Assembly (NCBI GenBank): GCA_048772705.1 | Contig: JBLWGC010000230.1 | Location: 62,001 to 126,000 of the forward strand | Direction of reading: 5' to 3' | Length of the DNA: 64,000 bases | Source: Leidyana gryllorum EB-2025a | Taxonomy: Eukaryota > Protista > Apicomplexa | Shown: positions 22,928-35,715 of the stretch, piece after piece | How the letters are laid out: each line of letters opens with the position of its first letter | Numbering within the stretch: the first letter of the stretch is position 1 | Made by a program: the position numbers and the translations under genes | Notes under the pieces: model-generated | The model's database searches: none | Told to the model about the DNA's origin: nothing | What the model saw: only the letters and a program-made list of their open reading frames with translations

Positions 22928-25900
22928 ATGGGCTTCAGTTCATCTTCACTGGATCTGGACTTGCGTGCTTTGCACGTTGATTTAGCCCTGAAGGGCTTAG
23001 GCGAATGTTCATACAGCAAGTCGTCCATATTACCGTGCGAAGAGGAGTTGGCGGACAGTGAGAATTTCTCCCCCACGCTGTAAGACTGCAAACCGGATGG
23101 AAGTCGCTATAAGGTGTCCCGACAGATGCAAGGTTGTTCAGACCGCCAAGACGCGATATTGGGAAACACCTCAGTCACTCAACTCGTTTGCCGACGAGCT
23201 ATGGGCTTTTGCCTCCGAACAGTGGGCTGGTTCAGATCGAGAGAGCGGCCATAAGCGCTTATTGTGTAAGACTGGGCCTCGCGCCCGAACGAGGTATTCA
23301 TGAGACACCTTCAGGCAAGCAGGCGGCTGTGAATTTGAAGAGCATTGCATTGGAACGCGAGAAAACAGCCACCCAGACGATCGAAAACGCATCGTTAGCG
23401 AGTTATAAGGCAGCCTTGTTCGATGGTGAGGAGTATTCGAGCATTTCTAACTCACAACGTTACCACTTGCAGAAGCTTTGAGCGGTGGTCACGTCGGCCT
23501 GGCAGCCAAAGTGGTTGAAGGTGTCCTGCGAGCATTCCACAAAGAGTCCGATACTCTGCGCAAATCGCCAGCCAACAAGTCTCTAGACGGGCTCCTTATC
23601 CGAGTTGCTTTCCTGTTGCGTCTGCTGAAACTGCGCATTTTGACGGCTAAGCCATATTCAGATATTGTGGGCAACATTGTCGCTCTGGCCGGTTGGCATC
23701 GATTGGCAGCACACATGTTTTGCCGTCTGATTCTCTTCGAGACGCAATGGGATCCGACTTCGACCCCTCTCATGAGTGGTGGGACTCCCGACAACGGAGA
23801 GTGGTGTTTGGCGATGGGTCGGATTGGAGGTCACCTCTTGAAAGCCTATCCTACAAAGGTTGGGGCAGACTGCCGAAGGATACTGTTGTCTCGCTACGCG
23901 GCTATAGCATGTTTGAGGTCAATGGAGCCGCAGGAAGTGATGTCCATTGTGCCTGCAGCCTGTCAAAGTGAGAAAGACTTCGTTTTGCCGCCGGGTGTCA
24001 TATGGTATATATAAAACACAGGTCTATCGTCAAGCGACCATATCCTCTCCATGGTGGCTTACAGCCGAGCTTTGATTCTCGCTGACCGCCGGGAGGAGGG
24101 TCTCCGTGTGTTACAGTGAGTCAATGGGAAGCAGAATGACGACTGAATGGTCTGTTTTTCCTTCTGCAGGTCAGCGACGCGCTCACGAGCTGCTTTACAC
24201 GCGGCTGATCCCTTTTGGCGTGTTGGGGCCACTTTTGCCCAACGGAAAGAGTAAGATTTTGAGCTATCGCGCGCTTTGAGATAGGACGTTTTCAGTTCAG
24301 AGGGCGTTGTGGAGTGGATCAACACGGTGCTCGAAGGGGATTCAGTCTTTGTCAGACGGAATGAGGATCACGGGATGTTGCCTTACTCTGCAGATTTGCT
24401 TCGCAATGCTGCGAGTAAAGATTTCGTCAGTCCTGATCCACAGCAATCTTGGGACGAGAGACCGTTCGAAGTCGTGAGACTGTGGCAGTCACGGCAGCTG
24501 ATATTGGAGACCGCTTCATTCGACTGGTCCGATGCAGTCACCTGGACCTCAGAGATGTTGAAGATTGCCAATGCGTTTGGGCGAAACCCACTGCTCTCGA
24601 GACGAGCTTTTGAGATTGCTCTACAGTTATCGTTGTGCGATCTCGAAGGAGACCCTCGCTCGTATATGCAGCCGTGGAAAGCCACAGAAGCCGACCCTCC
24701 GTCCTCGCTTCGAGTCGGAGCTTTCACTCAGCAGCAGTGGGTGTCTTACCAGCTGTGGCGTAAGTCTGTGATGGGTCTGGTGCTGACTGCGGTGCGCGGC
24801 TGCAAGTATTCCTGCGCTCTGACTATATTCATGCGCCACTTCCCTTACCTCATCGACCGGGATGATCTCCTCATTGGTTATATCGTAGCTCACTTTCTCA
24901 AAGCTGACCGCGAGATGATACAGATATGGGGTCATTATGCCAATCAGGAGCTCTATGGGCGTATAAGACAGTCCCAACTACGTGAGTCCCCCACCACCAA
25001 CTAACATCAGACTACTTGCGCAGTCCGTGTAGCAGCAAAGCTCCACGAAACGAACCCCGAAGTATGTCCGGATTACATAACAGCCCTTCCCACCCTCGTG
25101 GAACGTATGAGAGGGGGATTCCGGAAGCCGGGCGAACTCTCGGATTGCTTGGTGGTCATTCAGGCCGTCTGCGAGCAACTGGGAATGGACCGAAGGTGAG
25201 TTGGAGCAACACTTTTGAACCCTTATGAAACGATTGATGCAGCCCTCTAACAGTGGAAGCGCCTGGCGCCCTCACTGAGATACTCGCCGGTTACGTCACT
25301 CTGGCTAAGAATACGCTGATGGGTGTGGACAGGCTGCAGAGTCTAAGGAATATTCAGCCTGGAATGGAAGCCTTAAGATGGCTCCGGGACTTTGCGTACA
25401 ATATGGCTCTGACCGCAGGCATATTGAGACGCCCTCTACCTGCAGAATGCCGCATATGGGACGTATGCCTCATGGCCAACGCAGCTGTCACTCTGGCTGA
25501 TGTGTTCCGCACACTCAATCGTGGTAGAGGGGGACGCACCTATGCCAACAGTCTCTTCGTTTCTGCCTGCTGCTGGCTGGAAAATGGTCGAAAGGTGCTT
25601 CAGACTCTTGGGCCCGAACTCCCACCCAACCCCGCTGACGTGGGAGTGCACAGTTTCGCACATGCCATCCACAATGTACAGGTTCTCGAAACCGAGGTGC
25701 CAGCCATCCATCGGGACAGCCGTACCTTCCCGCTCTTAGTGCTCCTGAAGATGGAGTGCCGCATTCGATTGCTACGCATGGAGCAAGTTTTTGGACGCGA
25801 TGTGATAGTCAAAGCCTTAGGTTCTCTACAATCCAGCCTGTTCGACCTCCTAGCCTACATCGCCGAGCTGACAAAGGCTACCAATCTCCCAGTCTCAGTA

Positions 25901-26528
25901 TGGGAGTGCATCTCACTGATGTGCGTGCGGTTGCAAGCCGTCGAAGGTGAGACACACACACCAGTTTCTCTCATATAGTGCTGTGACAGTTGGTACAACC
26001 ATATTTGAGCACCTATTGGACATTTACCAGAAAGCCCGACACAACCTGCAGGATACCATAAGCGCTCTTCGCGAGCTGATAATGCTGAACAACTACGCGC
26101 CTCACACCGTGAAGTACTATGATAGGTTCATTCAAATCTATGATGACTACGGCAAGAACTTGCATTTGCCTCTCAACGACATTCTATGGTTATTTGCTTC
26201 TTGCTGGTGCGAGGGAGTAGAGTACACTGAGCACGAAGCTTACGATATTGCCTTGCGATATATGCACATAACTTCACGAATGTTCGTCATTGTTGAGACC
26301 GCGATGGAGGCTGACATGAACTCATCACGCCGGAAACGGAAAGGCGAACCCCGCAAGGTTCTGAACAAAACACGCCCTAAAGCTGGGACTGTTGAGGTGA
26401 CCTTTAGTGAAGAGGATACAGCTATTACTATTGGGGGCGTGCCTATCACCCCGGACACATGGTCATACCATCGGACAATGATAACCACAGTGATAAATGT
26501 CACCAAGGCTGCCCACAGAGGCGGCTGA
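22928..26528 (+). CDS. Large alpha-helical/TPR protein, ZIP4/SPO22/TEX11-like, multi-exon
   Basis: EALRWLRDFAYNMAL and LPLNDILWLFASCWCEGVEY..YDIALRYM resemble the SPO22/TEX11 motifs (WFxxxAYNLAL; ExxWLxxxxWNxGV). Whether all exons form a single gene is uncertain. Confidence 0.55.
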
Positions 26529-26590
26529 GGTAGTTTTACTAACAGTCTGTTTGGCACTGCCGCTCGACAGAGACACACTCAGTAACGCTA

Positions 26591-28035
26591 ATGAGCGACT
26601 CAACTCAGCGGAAGGCATTCGCGTTGCACAGGGCTCTCAACCCGAAAAGAAAGGGGTGCACGGAGCGGGGGTGGAAGAGTTTTTATGAGCGGACTGTTGC
26701 TGCCGCCGATGCTCAATACGGGAACCATGCGGATGGAGATCCAGTAGTCTTCTGCGCTCGCAATGATAAGCCGCCACGGCATGGCACTCCCCAACTCATT
26801 GGCTATCGGTGGCTCCCGCCGACTCTACAAGCAGAAGCCAATGTACTCGATAATTCCATATCCACTACATGGACACTCGGTAGTTGGACAGTTCGATCAG
26901 ATGATTGGACTGAGTTCCCTTCTCCCCCAAGAGGTATTGTGGTGCATATACACGGGCTGGGAGACCATGCGCGATGCGAGTTGCTCCACCTAGGATACAA
27001 CGAGGCCGGAGAGCCTTGTGCAGGTACGCCGTAGGCTGCAAGGCTCCGTCCAACTAACTTCCTCCTCACTCATCGCAGACATGGATGATTCGTATCTGTC
27101 AGCCCTATTGAACGCCGGATTCGTGGTTTATTCCATGGATCTTCAAGGGCATGGACTGAGCCAAGGATGGCGCGGCAGTCGCAATAATGTCCCCAGCCTT
27201 GCTGCAGTGGAGGAAGACGTCCTGAAGGTACGGCTCAATTTAAGCTCGAGCATGGCAAAGACTGCTTTCTTTCATCTCAGTGGATCGTTAATTGGAGTCT
27301 GATCGACAACTGGGATCGCGATGGTCGGCGGCTACCAGTATTCCTCAGTGGGCTCAGTATGGGCGGTTACTTGGCTTTGCAGGTGGCTGCCCACTGGCCT
27401 CTAGCTTGGGATGCTGAAGCAGTGGTTTTGTTGGCGCCGGTGTGTGCCATTGGATCAGTACAAGATGAAAAGCTCTACTTTCAAATCTTAAAGTGGGTCG
27501 GCGGGTTTATAGCCACGGCATTCCCTTTCCTGCCGGTAGCGAGGGTGGTAAGTGATTTTGATGGAGTATCAGACTCGTGCATTGATGGACACAGCCTACC
27601 AACCCGCGATTTCGGGAACTTCGTGATCGGTTGCATTTGGATCCATTGATGATGGGCCCCTGCGTGCAAGCCCGAATGTTGTGGTCGCTGTACACAGCCA
27701 CGCGAGGAGGGCCCAAGATCTGGGACAAACCTCTTCGGACGAAGGAAATAATTGCCTTCCAATCAGTAGATGACTCGCTATGCGACCCGACTGTTACACA
27801 GTGTGTGCTGGAGAAGCTCGAAAGTGCGCATGGTAGGCCGTTTAATGGCTATGCAACTTGTCTTGATTATATATATGTAGGTATTAAGGTCAAATGGTGT
27901 CCTCTGGGCAAAGACGACAGTTGGCATTTCCTACTGCAAGAGCCATGTGCTGCTAAGCTAGTGTGTGACATATCTGACTATTTGAAGGCGTTGGCTGACG
28001 AAAACAAATCTGTATGGCACAGTACACGGCAGTGA
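26591..28035 (+). CDS. Alpha/beta hydrolase, lysophospholipase/monoacylglycerol lipase family
   Basis: GIVVHIHGLGDH, VYSMDLQGHGLSQG, nucleophile elbow GLSMGG, DDSLCD, WHFLLQE. Confidence 0.9.
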
Positions 28036-28269
28036 TTCACGTGGCCTATGAGCTAATGTGATTACTGTTCTGATATATGGTCGGCCCTACTAGCTGCCTA
28101 CAAAACTCAAATAAAGAGTCGTTATCCAAATAAACTTCCGTTTATGAGCCCGAAACTGAAGTCGTGACGGAGTGGCAACTTCACATTTTTTGTCCTGTGA
28201 CATTGCCCGAAATAAGCAGTTAAGTTTTTTTCGTTGAGCCTTGCGCTTGCGACAGTTATTGAAGTCGAG

Positions 28270-29733
28270 ATGACCCAAGGTGTTGTTTCAATGTCCGCCC
28301 GGCAGGTTGCCCCCAGGAAGAACACTTCCAAGACCCTCTTCATGGTCTCCGCGGCTAGCAGCCTCGCGAACATCATGCCTGACGAAGGCCAAATCGCGGT
28401 CACTCCGGAACACGGCAAGCGCATCAGCCCCAAGGCCCAGGTTGGTGAGAACTTCTTCGCCACTCTCAGCAAGAGGGAGAGGAAGAAGGTCCGCACTGCC
28501 CGCGCCTTCCTCAAGTCCGTCCGAGCTCCCGAGGCCCGTGAGGTCCGCCGTACGGTGAACTTCGCCACTCGCAGAATGCCTGAGTTGGTTAAGGCCTTCA
28601 ACGCACAGCTTGAGATGCTCACCACTGGCGATATGGCCGTCAAGAAGTTCTTGGTTGACAAGAAGCGCGCCACCAAAATCCATGCTGCTTTGCTTGAGGC
28701 TCGTACCAACATCGTCAAGCAGGAGCAGCCTCTGCTTACTAAGATGACCAACTTCAACTGGGCCAGCCATGCCGAGATATGGGACAAGGAACTTCAGGAT
28801 GTCATGAAGAAGAATGATACCCCCAATGCATTGACACCGGTTGCGAGCCCCTTCGCTTTCGGTCAGCCCAACCTCTTCAACAATGTTGTCACTCCCCTCA
28901 CTACTGAGGATGACGCGTGGCAGAGAGCCGTTGCCAACTTCCAGAGAGTTTTGGATGGCCCCGCCAAGCAGAACGTCGAGGCCATGGAGAGAAGCATTGC
29001 TAACCTTTCTCGTGCCGATAAGAAGAAGTTCCGCCCCGTCTCTGAGTCCGCTTTCACCAAAATGAGCTCCGAGATCATGCGTCTCGCTCGTGAAGATCAA
29101 ATCAGCAAGCGCCGATTCATGAAATGGATTAACACTTTGGTGGTCCACGAGAAGAAGGGCAAGCGTGAGATGAACCAGTTCTTCGCTAACGTTGGTACCC
29201 TCAACGCTTACTTGAAGACTCTTGACCCCACCAACCCCCACGTCATCAACGCTATGAACAAGGCGGAAGTGCACGAGCTCGTGTACAAGAACGTTCTTCA
29301 GATCATGGCCAAGGAGATGGAGACCAGACTTCAGTCTGAGAGCACTATCATCCAGGGTTTGACCAAGACCAACGTCTCTAACGCCATCGCTCGTGGGGAT
29401 GACACCTTCACCAAGCTGTTGCGCGCTGTCAACCAGGTTTCCCATCACGGTTCTTCCCAGAAGTTCCAGAACACTATCGAGCACGCTATTCTTTCCGACG
29501 CTAAGGATTTCTACCAGAACTGGAAGGACGGCAAGTACGTTGTCAAGAACCTTAAGTCCCTCATCGATGCCGAGGAAGGCCAGACCAGACCTCAACCCAT
29601 GTCTAACAAAGAGCTTGCCCAGGAATTGTTCCTCGGCGCTGCCATGTATCACGAGAAAACTTTGAAGGATGCCGAACTAGCCAAGGACAGCAATGAATCC
29701 GGCTACGAGAGCTCCTTCTCTTCACTCAATTAG
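28270..29733 (+). CDS. Intronless orphan protein (487 aa), strong high-expression codon bias
   Basis: Long ORF with AAG/GCC/TTC/AAC-dominated codons, like the ribosomal protein genes here. No recognisable domain. Confidence 0.85.
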   Translation: MTQGVVSMSARQVAPRKNTSKTLFMVSAASSLANIMPDEGQIAVTPEHGKRISPKAQVGENFFATLSKRERKKVRTARAFLKSVRAPEAREVRRTVNFATRRMPELVKAFNAQLEMLTTGDMAVKKFLVDKKRATKIHAALLEARTNIVKQEQPLLTKMTNFNWASHAEIWDKELQDVMKKNDTPNALTPVASPFAFGQPNLFNNVVTPLTTEDDAWQRAVANFQRVLDGPAKQNVEAMERSIANLSRADKKKFRPVSESAFTKMSSEIMRLAREDQISKRRFMKWINTLVVHEKKGKREMNQFFANVGTLNAYLKTLDPTNPHVINAMNKAEVHELVYKNVLQIMAKEMETRLQSESTIIQGLTKTNVSNAIARGDDTFTKLLRAVNQVSHHGSSQKFQNTIEHAILSDAKDFYQNWKDGKYVVKNLKSLIDAEEGQTRPQPMSNKELAQELFLGAAMYHEKTLKDAELAKDSNESGYESSFSSLN

Positions 29734-29855
29734 ATAGGGAAACGTGGGTAGCTAGTAGCTCCGTTTCACGAGTGCCTTAGTTGCACAGTAGCGACCTTAG
29801 TCTTTCAGTGCATGTCTTCGTTGCCTTAACATGGAAGTAACAGACTTAGCTGACA

Positions 29856-31030
29856 TTGAATAGTGAGAGGGTCGTTATCCAACAAAGCCACGTCATATTC
29901 AATGCCGCCGTCATACTCACATCAGACTGCATAAGAGTCACAGTCACACCTCACCCTCAGCAGCAGCAGCGGTCCTCATACCCGCCCGTACCCCGCTCCG
30001 AGCGGGATAAAACCGCTCTTAGCCTCGACTCTGTGTTACTGGAACTTCCAGCGAGCGTCCAGACTGCTGTCTCTCGTCATAACACTCCACAAACAGAGAG
30101 ACATTGTACAGGGAGATACAAGACTGCAGATTGGAGCATCAGTCAGTCTTAACAGCTCGACGATGGTTCTCGCATCACACAGCGGCCGCCATGGTCGCGA
30201 CGGGCAACAAACTCGAGGGGTAGCGGATGCTTTACCCACGGCTGCCGTTTCCGGGAGTTTCTGCAGCCGAGCGGACGTCCCCCCAACGACGGAGTGTAGA
30301 GGGGATGGAAGCACCGCTTTGAGTAAGTGCTTTGGCTTTGGCTTTGACTCCCTCCACCGCAGAAATGGGACTCTGAAGGGCTCACACGTGGCATTGACGA
30401 AATGTCCTCCCTTGATGGTACCGTAGAAAGACGAGGCTTCTCGCCAAGCTGGAGCTGCTCGTTTGTTCGGGTGCGTTCGCAGTACTCTATACGGTTATGG
30501 TCACTCTGGTACCTGTGTTCATTCCAATTGGCCTTTATGGAGCTTTTGTTCTCTTCCACTCGCAGCCAACTCCTACGCTGCCTTCAGCGCAGGAGACAAG
30601 TACGCCAGGGGTCAGTCAGTACGAAGGGTGGAGCGGCCGGCACATGTGTCTGGCTTTTTGCGTTCAGTACTCACGTAATGGGTGCGACCACCGAAGAGAT
30701 ACATTGAATATCCTCTCGAGGTTCCTCCAAACTATTCTTACACAAAGGGAATGCATTGCGCAACCGTCGATTTAGGAGACGGGAGGAGCTCGGTTCCACG
30801 TAGACTATGTACATGGAGGAGACATGGGCGATATTGCCTGTTTGGAGGACCTTTGAACGGTGGTGCGGGGCGTTCAATTGTTATTGGGCAGCATCTGGAT
30901 AAAGAGTGAGTGACCCTTAGAGGAAACTTATTCAAGCGAGCACACCGCCGTCTCCGTCGCATACAGAATTTGAAGGTCACACCGCGCGGTAGGGTCAATT
31001 ATAGTTGCTGCGTGGGTGACGCGTCTTAAA
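29856..31030 (+). CDS. Possible hypothetical spliced membrane protein
   Basis: Chain of short + ORFs including a hydrophobic segment (VTLVPVFIPIGLYGAFVLF) and GTCAGT/GTGAGT donors. Gene model unresolved. Confidence 0.3.
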
Positions 31031-31189
31031 TTGCGCCAGAGTTTGCATTGATGAACGAAAGAAGAGAAGATTCATTGTGAAGGCTCTAGTGAATGCGTTT
31101 GACAGAGGAGGTTGTTCGGGCCAAGTATTAGGCTAGGTACCACCACACACAAAAGAGGGTCGAACACGAGAAGGAAAGTATGACAACAC

Positions 31190-31692
31190 TCATTCCTGCT
31201 TGGCGGGGATGGGAGCCACAGTCAATTCGCATGAACCACCAGCGGCCTCGATCTTTTCTCTGGCGTGCTTAGAGAACTCGCGAGCGCGAACGATCATGGC
31301 GTGCTTCAGAGGAAGTCCAGAGCCAAGGACCTTGAGGTAACCGAGACGGGTGACATCGATCACGGGCTTCTCGCTCCCAGAGGCGTACTTGGCTTGAGCC
31401 TCAGCTCCCAACATACCCCAGAGTTGTCCGGCGTTGATAGTGGCGCAGGCAGTGCGGGCTCTCTGGAGACGGAAAGTGCGCATACCCAACTTGCCAATGT
31501 ATCCGGGGTGGTACTTCATGGTGTTGATACGGTGGTGAGCGAGGGAACCAGCGTTACCGCGACCGCCTGGATGTTTGCGGTGCTTGCCGACACGGCCGTG
31601 ACCGGCGGAAACATGTCCGCGCTTCTTCCGGTTCTTGGACAATCTGTGAGCGAATGTGTAAGGGTTGGCTGCTTTTCTTACCTAGACGGCAT
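31190..31692 (-). CDS. RPL27A: 60S ribosomal protein L27a (uL15); 38-nt intron 31644-31681
   Basis: [49 protein letters not shown]. Confidence 0.97.
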
Positions 31693-31766
31693 GATGGACC
31701 TCTCTGCACGGCTTTATTAAATTTTTTCGGCACTTGGTGAGGAGACAGCACGGCCAGCGTCCCATC

Positions 31767-33339
31767 ATGGCAAAGCGAGGTAGCCGAGACGCTGTTGGGG
31801 TCGCCAAGACGACTTTGAAGAAACGCAAGGTCGAGTCAGTGACCGCCGAGGTGTCGAGCAAAACTGACCAACCGCCCAAGGAGAAAAGTCCGGTATTTGC
31901 TCAAGACAGTCATACTGAGACCACCACTCAAGACAGTATCCTGTCATGTGATACCTTTGCATCTCTCGATATATGTGATCCCCTCAAACGGGCATTGGAG
32001 GCCATGCAGATGGTTCGAATGACTCAAATCCAGTGCTATGCTATTCCTAAACTTCTCGAAGGACGGGATTTACTCGGCTCTGCTAAGACGGGCTCGGGTA
32101 AAACCCTCGCCTTCGTAGTGCCGGCACTCGACTTGATGTACCGTGCTCGCGTCGAACCCAAGTTGGGGACTGTGGTATTGGTCCTCACCCCCACTCGCGA
32201 ACTGGCTATCCAAATCGGAGAGGTGGTTCGCGAAGTTGGCCAATTCGTCTCGCATACTTTCGGTACGATCATTGGAGGCAGCAAGAAGCGAACAGAGGCT
32301 GAGAAATTGAGCAAAGGCGTCAATCTGCTGGTCGCCACTCCCGGACGTCTCCTCGATCACATCCAGACCACCAAGGAGTTCACATACTCCAATCTGCAAA
32401 TGCTGATCATTGATGAGGCTGATCGAATGTTGGAACAGGGATTTGAGAGAGAGTTGACGGCAATCATCAAAGCTTTGCCAAAAAAGCGACAGACGGCTCT
32501 CTTCTCGGCAACGCAGAGTCCAAAGGTGGCAGATCTGATACGACTGTCAATGAAGGAACCCGTTTTGGTTGAGATCAAAGACGAACAGGCCACTGTCAAT
32601 GGACTACAACAGGGTTACATCATTTGCAGTGCGGAACAGCGCCTCGCTCTCCTCTTCAAACTTCTCAAAAAGAAGCAGCAGAAGAAAGAGAAGGTGATGG
32701 TCTTCTTCTCAAGTTGTGCCGCTGTTCAATTCTACGACGACCTCTTCAACTATCTCGACTTGAAGTGCACAAGTCTTCATGGGAAGAAGAAACAGGCCGC
32801 TCGAACCTCTGTTTACAATAACTTCTTGACTTCTGAGGTAAGAAGAAGTTTGTCTCGTCACTGTCGTTTCATCTTCTGTTTCCTCCTATCAGTCCGGTAT
32901 TCTTCTCTGTACGGGCGTCGCAGCTCGTGGTCTCGACTTCCCGAACGTCGAGTGGATTGTCCAATACGATCCCCCGGCCGAGGTCACCGAGTACATACAC
33001 CGAGTGGGAAGGACAGCCAGAGGCGATGGAGGAGTGGGCAGTGCTCTCCTCTTCCTGCTGCCCGAGGAGGTGGGTATCCTCGCTATGCTCCACCAACGGG
33101 GAGTCAAGGCTAAAGAGTACCGCGCCAATCTCAAAGACTTGCCAAAGATCTATGAATCTATCAGTCGTGTTGTGGCCAAGAATTTCCATCTCGCCCAAGG
33201 CGCCCGGGATGCGTACAAAGGTTTCATGCTGGCGTACAACTCCCACTCTCACAAGAATATATTCGATGTCAAAAAGTTGGACATCGTTCAAGTAGCCAAG
33301 TCGTTCGGTATGGCCGTGCCTCCCCGGGTGGATCTGTGA
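31767..33339 (+). CDS. HAS1: DEAD-box RNA helicase HAS1/DDX18; intron ~32838-32892
   Basis: AKTGSGKT, PTRELA, TPGRLLDH, DEAD, SAT, ARGLD, HRVGRTARG, and a HAS1-type C-terminus SHSHKNIFDV..VAKSFG..PPRVDL. Confidence 0.93.
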
Positions 33340-33470
33340 TGAGAGAGAGATGATCGGCTCTTTTTGGTTATTTGATCACCGATGATGACTGTCTGAGACC
33401 GCGCGTTCTTCGGCCGTTGCCTCATTGACTAAGGAAAAGTACTCACATCGCCTGATGGCTGTATTGAATC

Positions 33471-34267
33471 TCAGTGCAATATCAACATCAGACCGAAAGC
33501 TGACGCTATGCTGAGTGTCGTCGCGGCGATACTCTTCTTCTGGCTTTTCTCGTGGCTCCTAATAACACTCAAACTCTCTCGAATGTGTAAAATCGCCAAG
33601 TGGGCTGTCATGCCACACAGCAATTCATGAGAATGCTCAAAATGGATGTTGGGAACTGACAATTTCATCGAAGTGAGTCGTCTCACTGGTGTCTCAGTAC
33701 ACTCACGAATTACAGGAAGCAGCACTGGAGACGCACTGAGGGTGTTCAACAGGGACGCACTAAGTTTCCCGAAACCAGCCGACCGCATGATCGTAGCTTC
33801 AGTCACCTCTTGGGGTATCTCATGAAGAATGGTCGACAAAGCTAGCGCTGGTGTCAACTTGCTACTGGCTTTCGCTACTGAAAACATCAGACCATCCGAG
33901 ACTGCCGGCGAGGTCAGTAGCGAGCAACTAGGACGAACTGCTTACGATTGTGCAGGCCATCACCGATCAAATTCATGATACTCAAACTATGGAGACGGGA
34001 CGTGTTGGCGGCCTTTTCGTCATCGTGCGACGGCGTCAAGGCGTGCAGAACGCGCCTGATCAGTTCCGATAGTAGGCAACCGACCAAGAGGACAGGGCTG
34101 GTAAGAGTATGTAAACCGCCTTCATACACTTCATGAATGGTCTCGAAGGCCAGTAAGGTCGCCGCGAACGCCAAGATCGGAGCCGTATGGTGCGGTTGGA
34201 ATTCGATCGGTAGCCAGGGCGAAAAAGCCGCGACGAGTACACATACGAGGCCGGTGAGCAGAATCAT
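33471..34267 (-). CDS. ZIP (SLC39) family metal transporter
   Basis: TM4 NLIGDGLHN|LSDG and TM5 LHEIPQEV, with multiple TM helices. Confidence 0.8.
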
Positions 34268-34294
34268 TCGCACCGTCAAACTTTTTTTTGATAG

Positions 34295-35673
34295 ATGGCT
34301 CCGTGGTGGTTGGTGGCGCTCGCTGCACAGATGATCCAAGTCGCCAGCTGGGGATTGGGCGGCGAAGCACCGGCGCGAGCCTTGAAGGAGTCGCGTACCG
34401 GCATTTTAGCCAACTCGTTACCGTGGCCGGTGTTGCCAGTTGAAAGATTTGGACTCGCGCTGTTGTTTCAGGTGGGAAACGTACGCGAAAGGGCTGCTGC
34501 TAAGATATGTATGGATAGGTATATAGAGCGACTGTCTCTCCGACGATCTGGCAACGCTGGTTCGATGACGCTTTCCAATGGATACACGACAATGATTTAG
34601 AAGATCCGTCCGTGCCCCGAGAGAATTCGACCATCCTGCGTGGCTACGTCCATCACTCATTTTACCTCGACCCAGAGTCTTGCCGGCAGAGCCTTCCGCC
34701 GGCACTCAAACATCATTTAGTGCCCGAACCCGCAGTATGCTGGTGGGGTCCTACCAACCCGTGCACTCGTCGGTGAGTGAGAGACGTCGTCTACCGCCTT
34801 CATCCTCAGAACGCCGCAGACTTTTCGAATATGCCCTGGAAGATTTCCCAGAAATGGGCTATGGGTTCACTATAAGTCACAATTCAATTCCTCTGAAGCC
34901 TTTCTCGCATATATATCAAGCCCTGCGGGCCGACCGCCGAGCCCGTTTGAGGATCACCCATCTGTCGTTCTCCAAGTCTCGTCTGCCCAAAGCTTCCTTC
35001 TGGCGAGGCCTTCCACGGTGAGTCAGCGGTGGGCGGAGATTCTATTCTGATTTTGATCTTCAGCGAAATGATGGAAATAGCTGTCGAACACGAAGATTTG
35101 TGGTGCCCTGGAAAATGGGCCGCCGATCCTTCGCTGGGAGAAGTTGCAGCTCCTGACGAGTGGCAGATGTTCAAGGCGTTCCATCACGTTCTCGGGGAGA
35201 ACTTCTTGGATTGGGTCAATGATGGCGGCAGATACTCGCGGGGACGCATGAAGATGGTTTGGGTGATGGACTGCTGGGGTCGACAGTTATGCCCGGGGAT
35301 ACAGACAGATGGACATCACGCACCTTTGACCATCCGCAAGATCCCCAGTCAACTGCTGGATCGCTGGTTAGAGGATAGCGATTTATGGTTCCTGCGGAAG
35401 ATGAAGGAGAACGCTGTAGTGACAAGTGAAGGGGGACTTGAAGTACCGGCTTATGACTACCTGTCACACCAGCTCTTCACTTCGCACCAAACATATGTTT
35501 CGAACCTGACCATTCCTGAGGAGGAAGCTCGCGACATACAGAAGCACCAGCCCCATTTTTGGCAACGGAACGAACCCTGGATTGAAAAGATCATTAGACA
35601 GTCACCCCCGGGCATCCTGCCGGAAGCTGGAGTACGGAAAGCTTTTCGTGACGCACAGAAGAGGAAGAAGTAG
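34295..35673 (+). CDS. Branch/core-2 I-branching (GT14-like, DUF266) glycosyltransferase, copy 1
   Basis: Signal peptide, ALLFQ, CWWG, RLFEYAL..FTISHNSIPLKPF, KASFW, APDEW, WFLRK. Confidence 0.7.
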
Positions 35674-35715
35674 TCTCCTCATCAACGTTTATTGAAATAG
35701 GGAATTTTGCGTAGA

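Noticed and set aside
28288-29652. 454-aa antisense ORF overlapping the orphan gene
   Set aside because: Expected shadow of strong codon bias on the sense strand. The same happens opposite RPS12 and RPL27A.
32905-32940. HAS1 motif V reads TGVAARGLD rather than TDVAARGLD
   Set aside because: Single substitution at a position that can vary; all other helicase motifs are intact.
34779-34825. Apparent ERRRL peptide duplication in the ORF track
   Set aside because: Falls largely inside the 34773-34819 intron, so it is a translation artefact.
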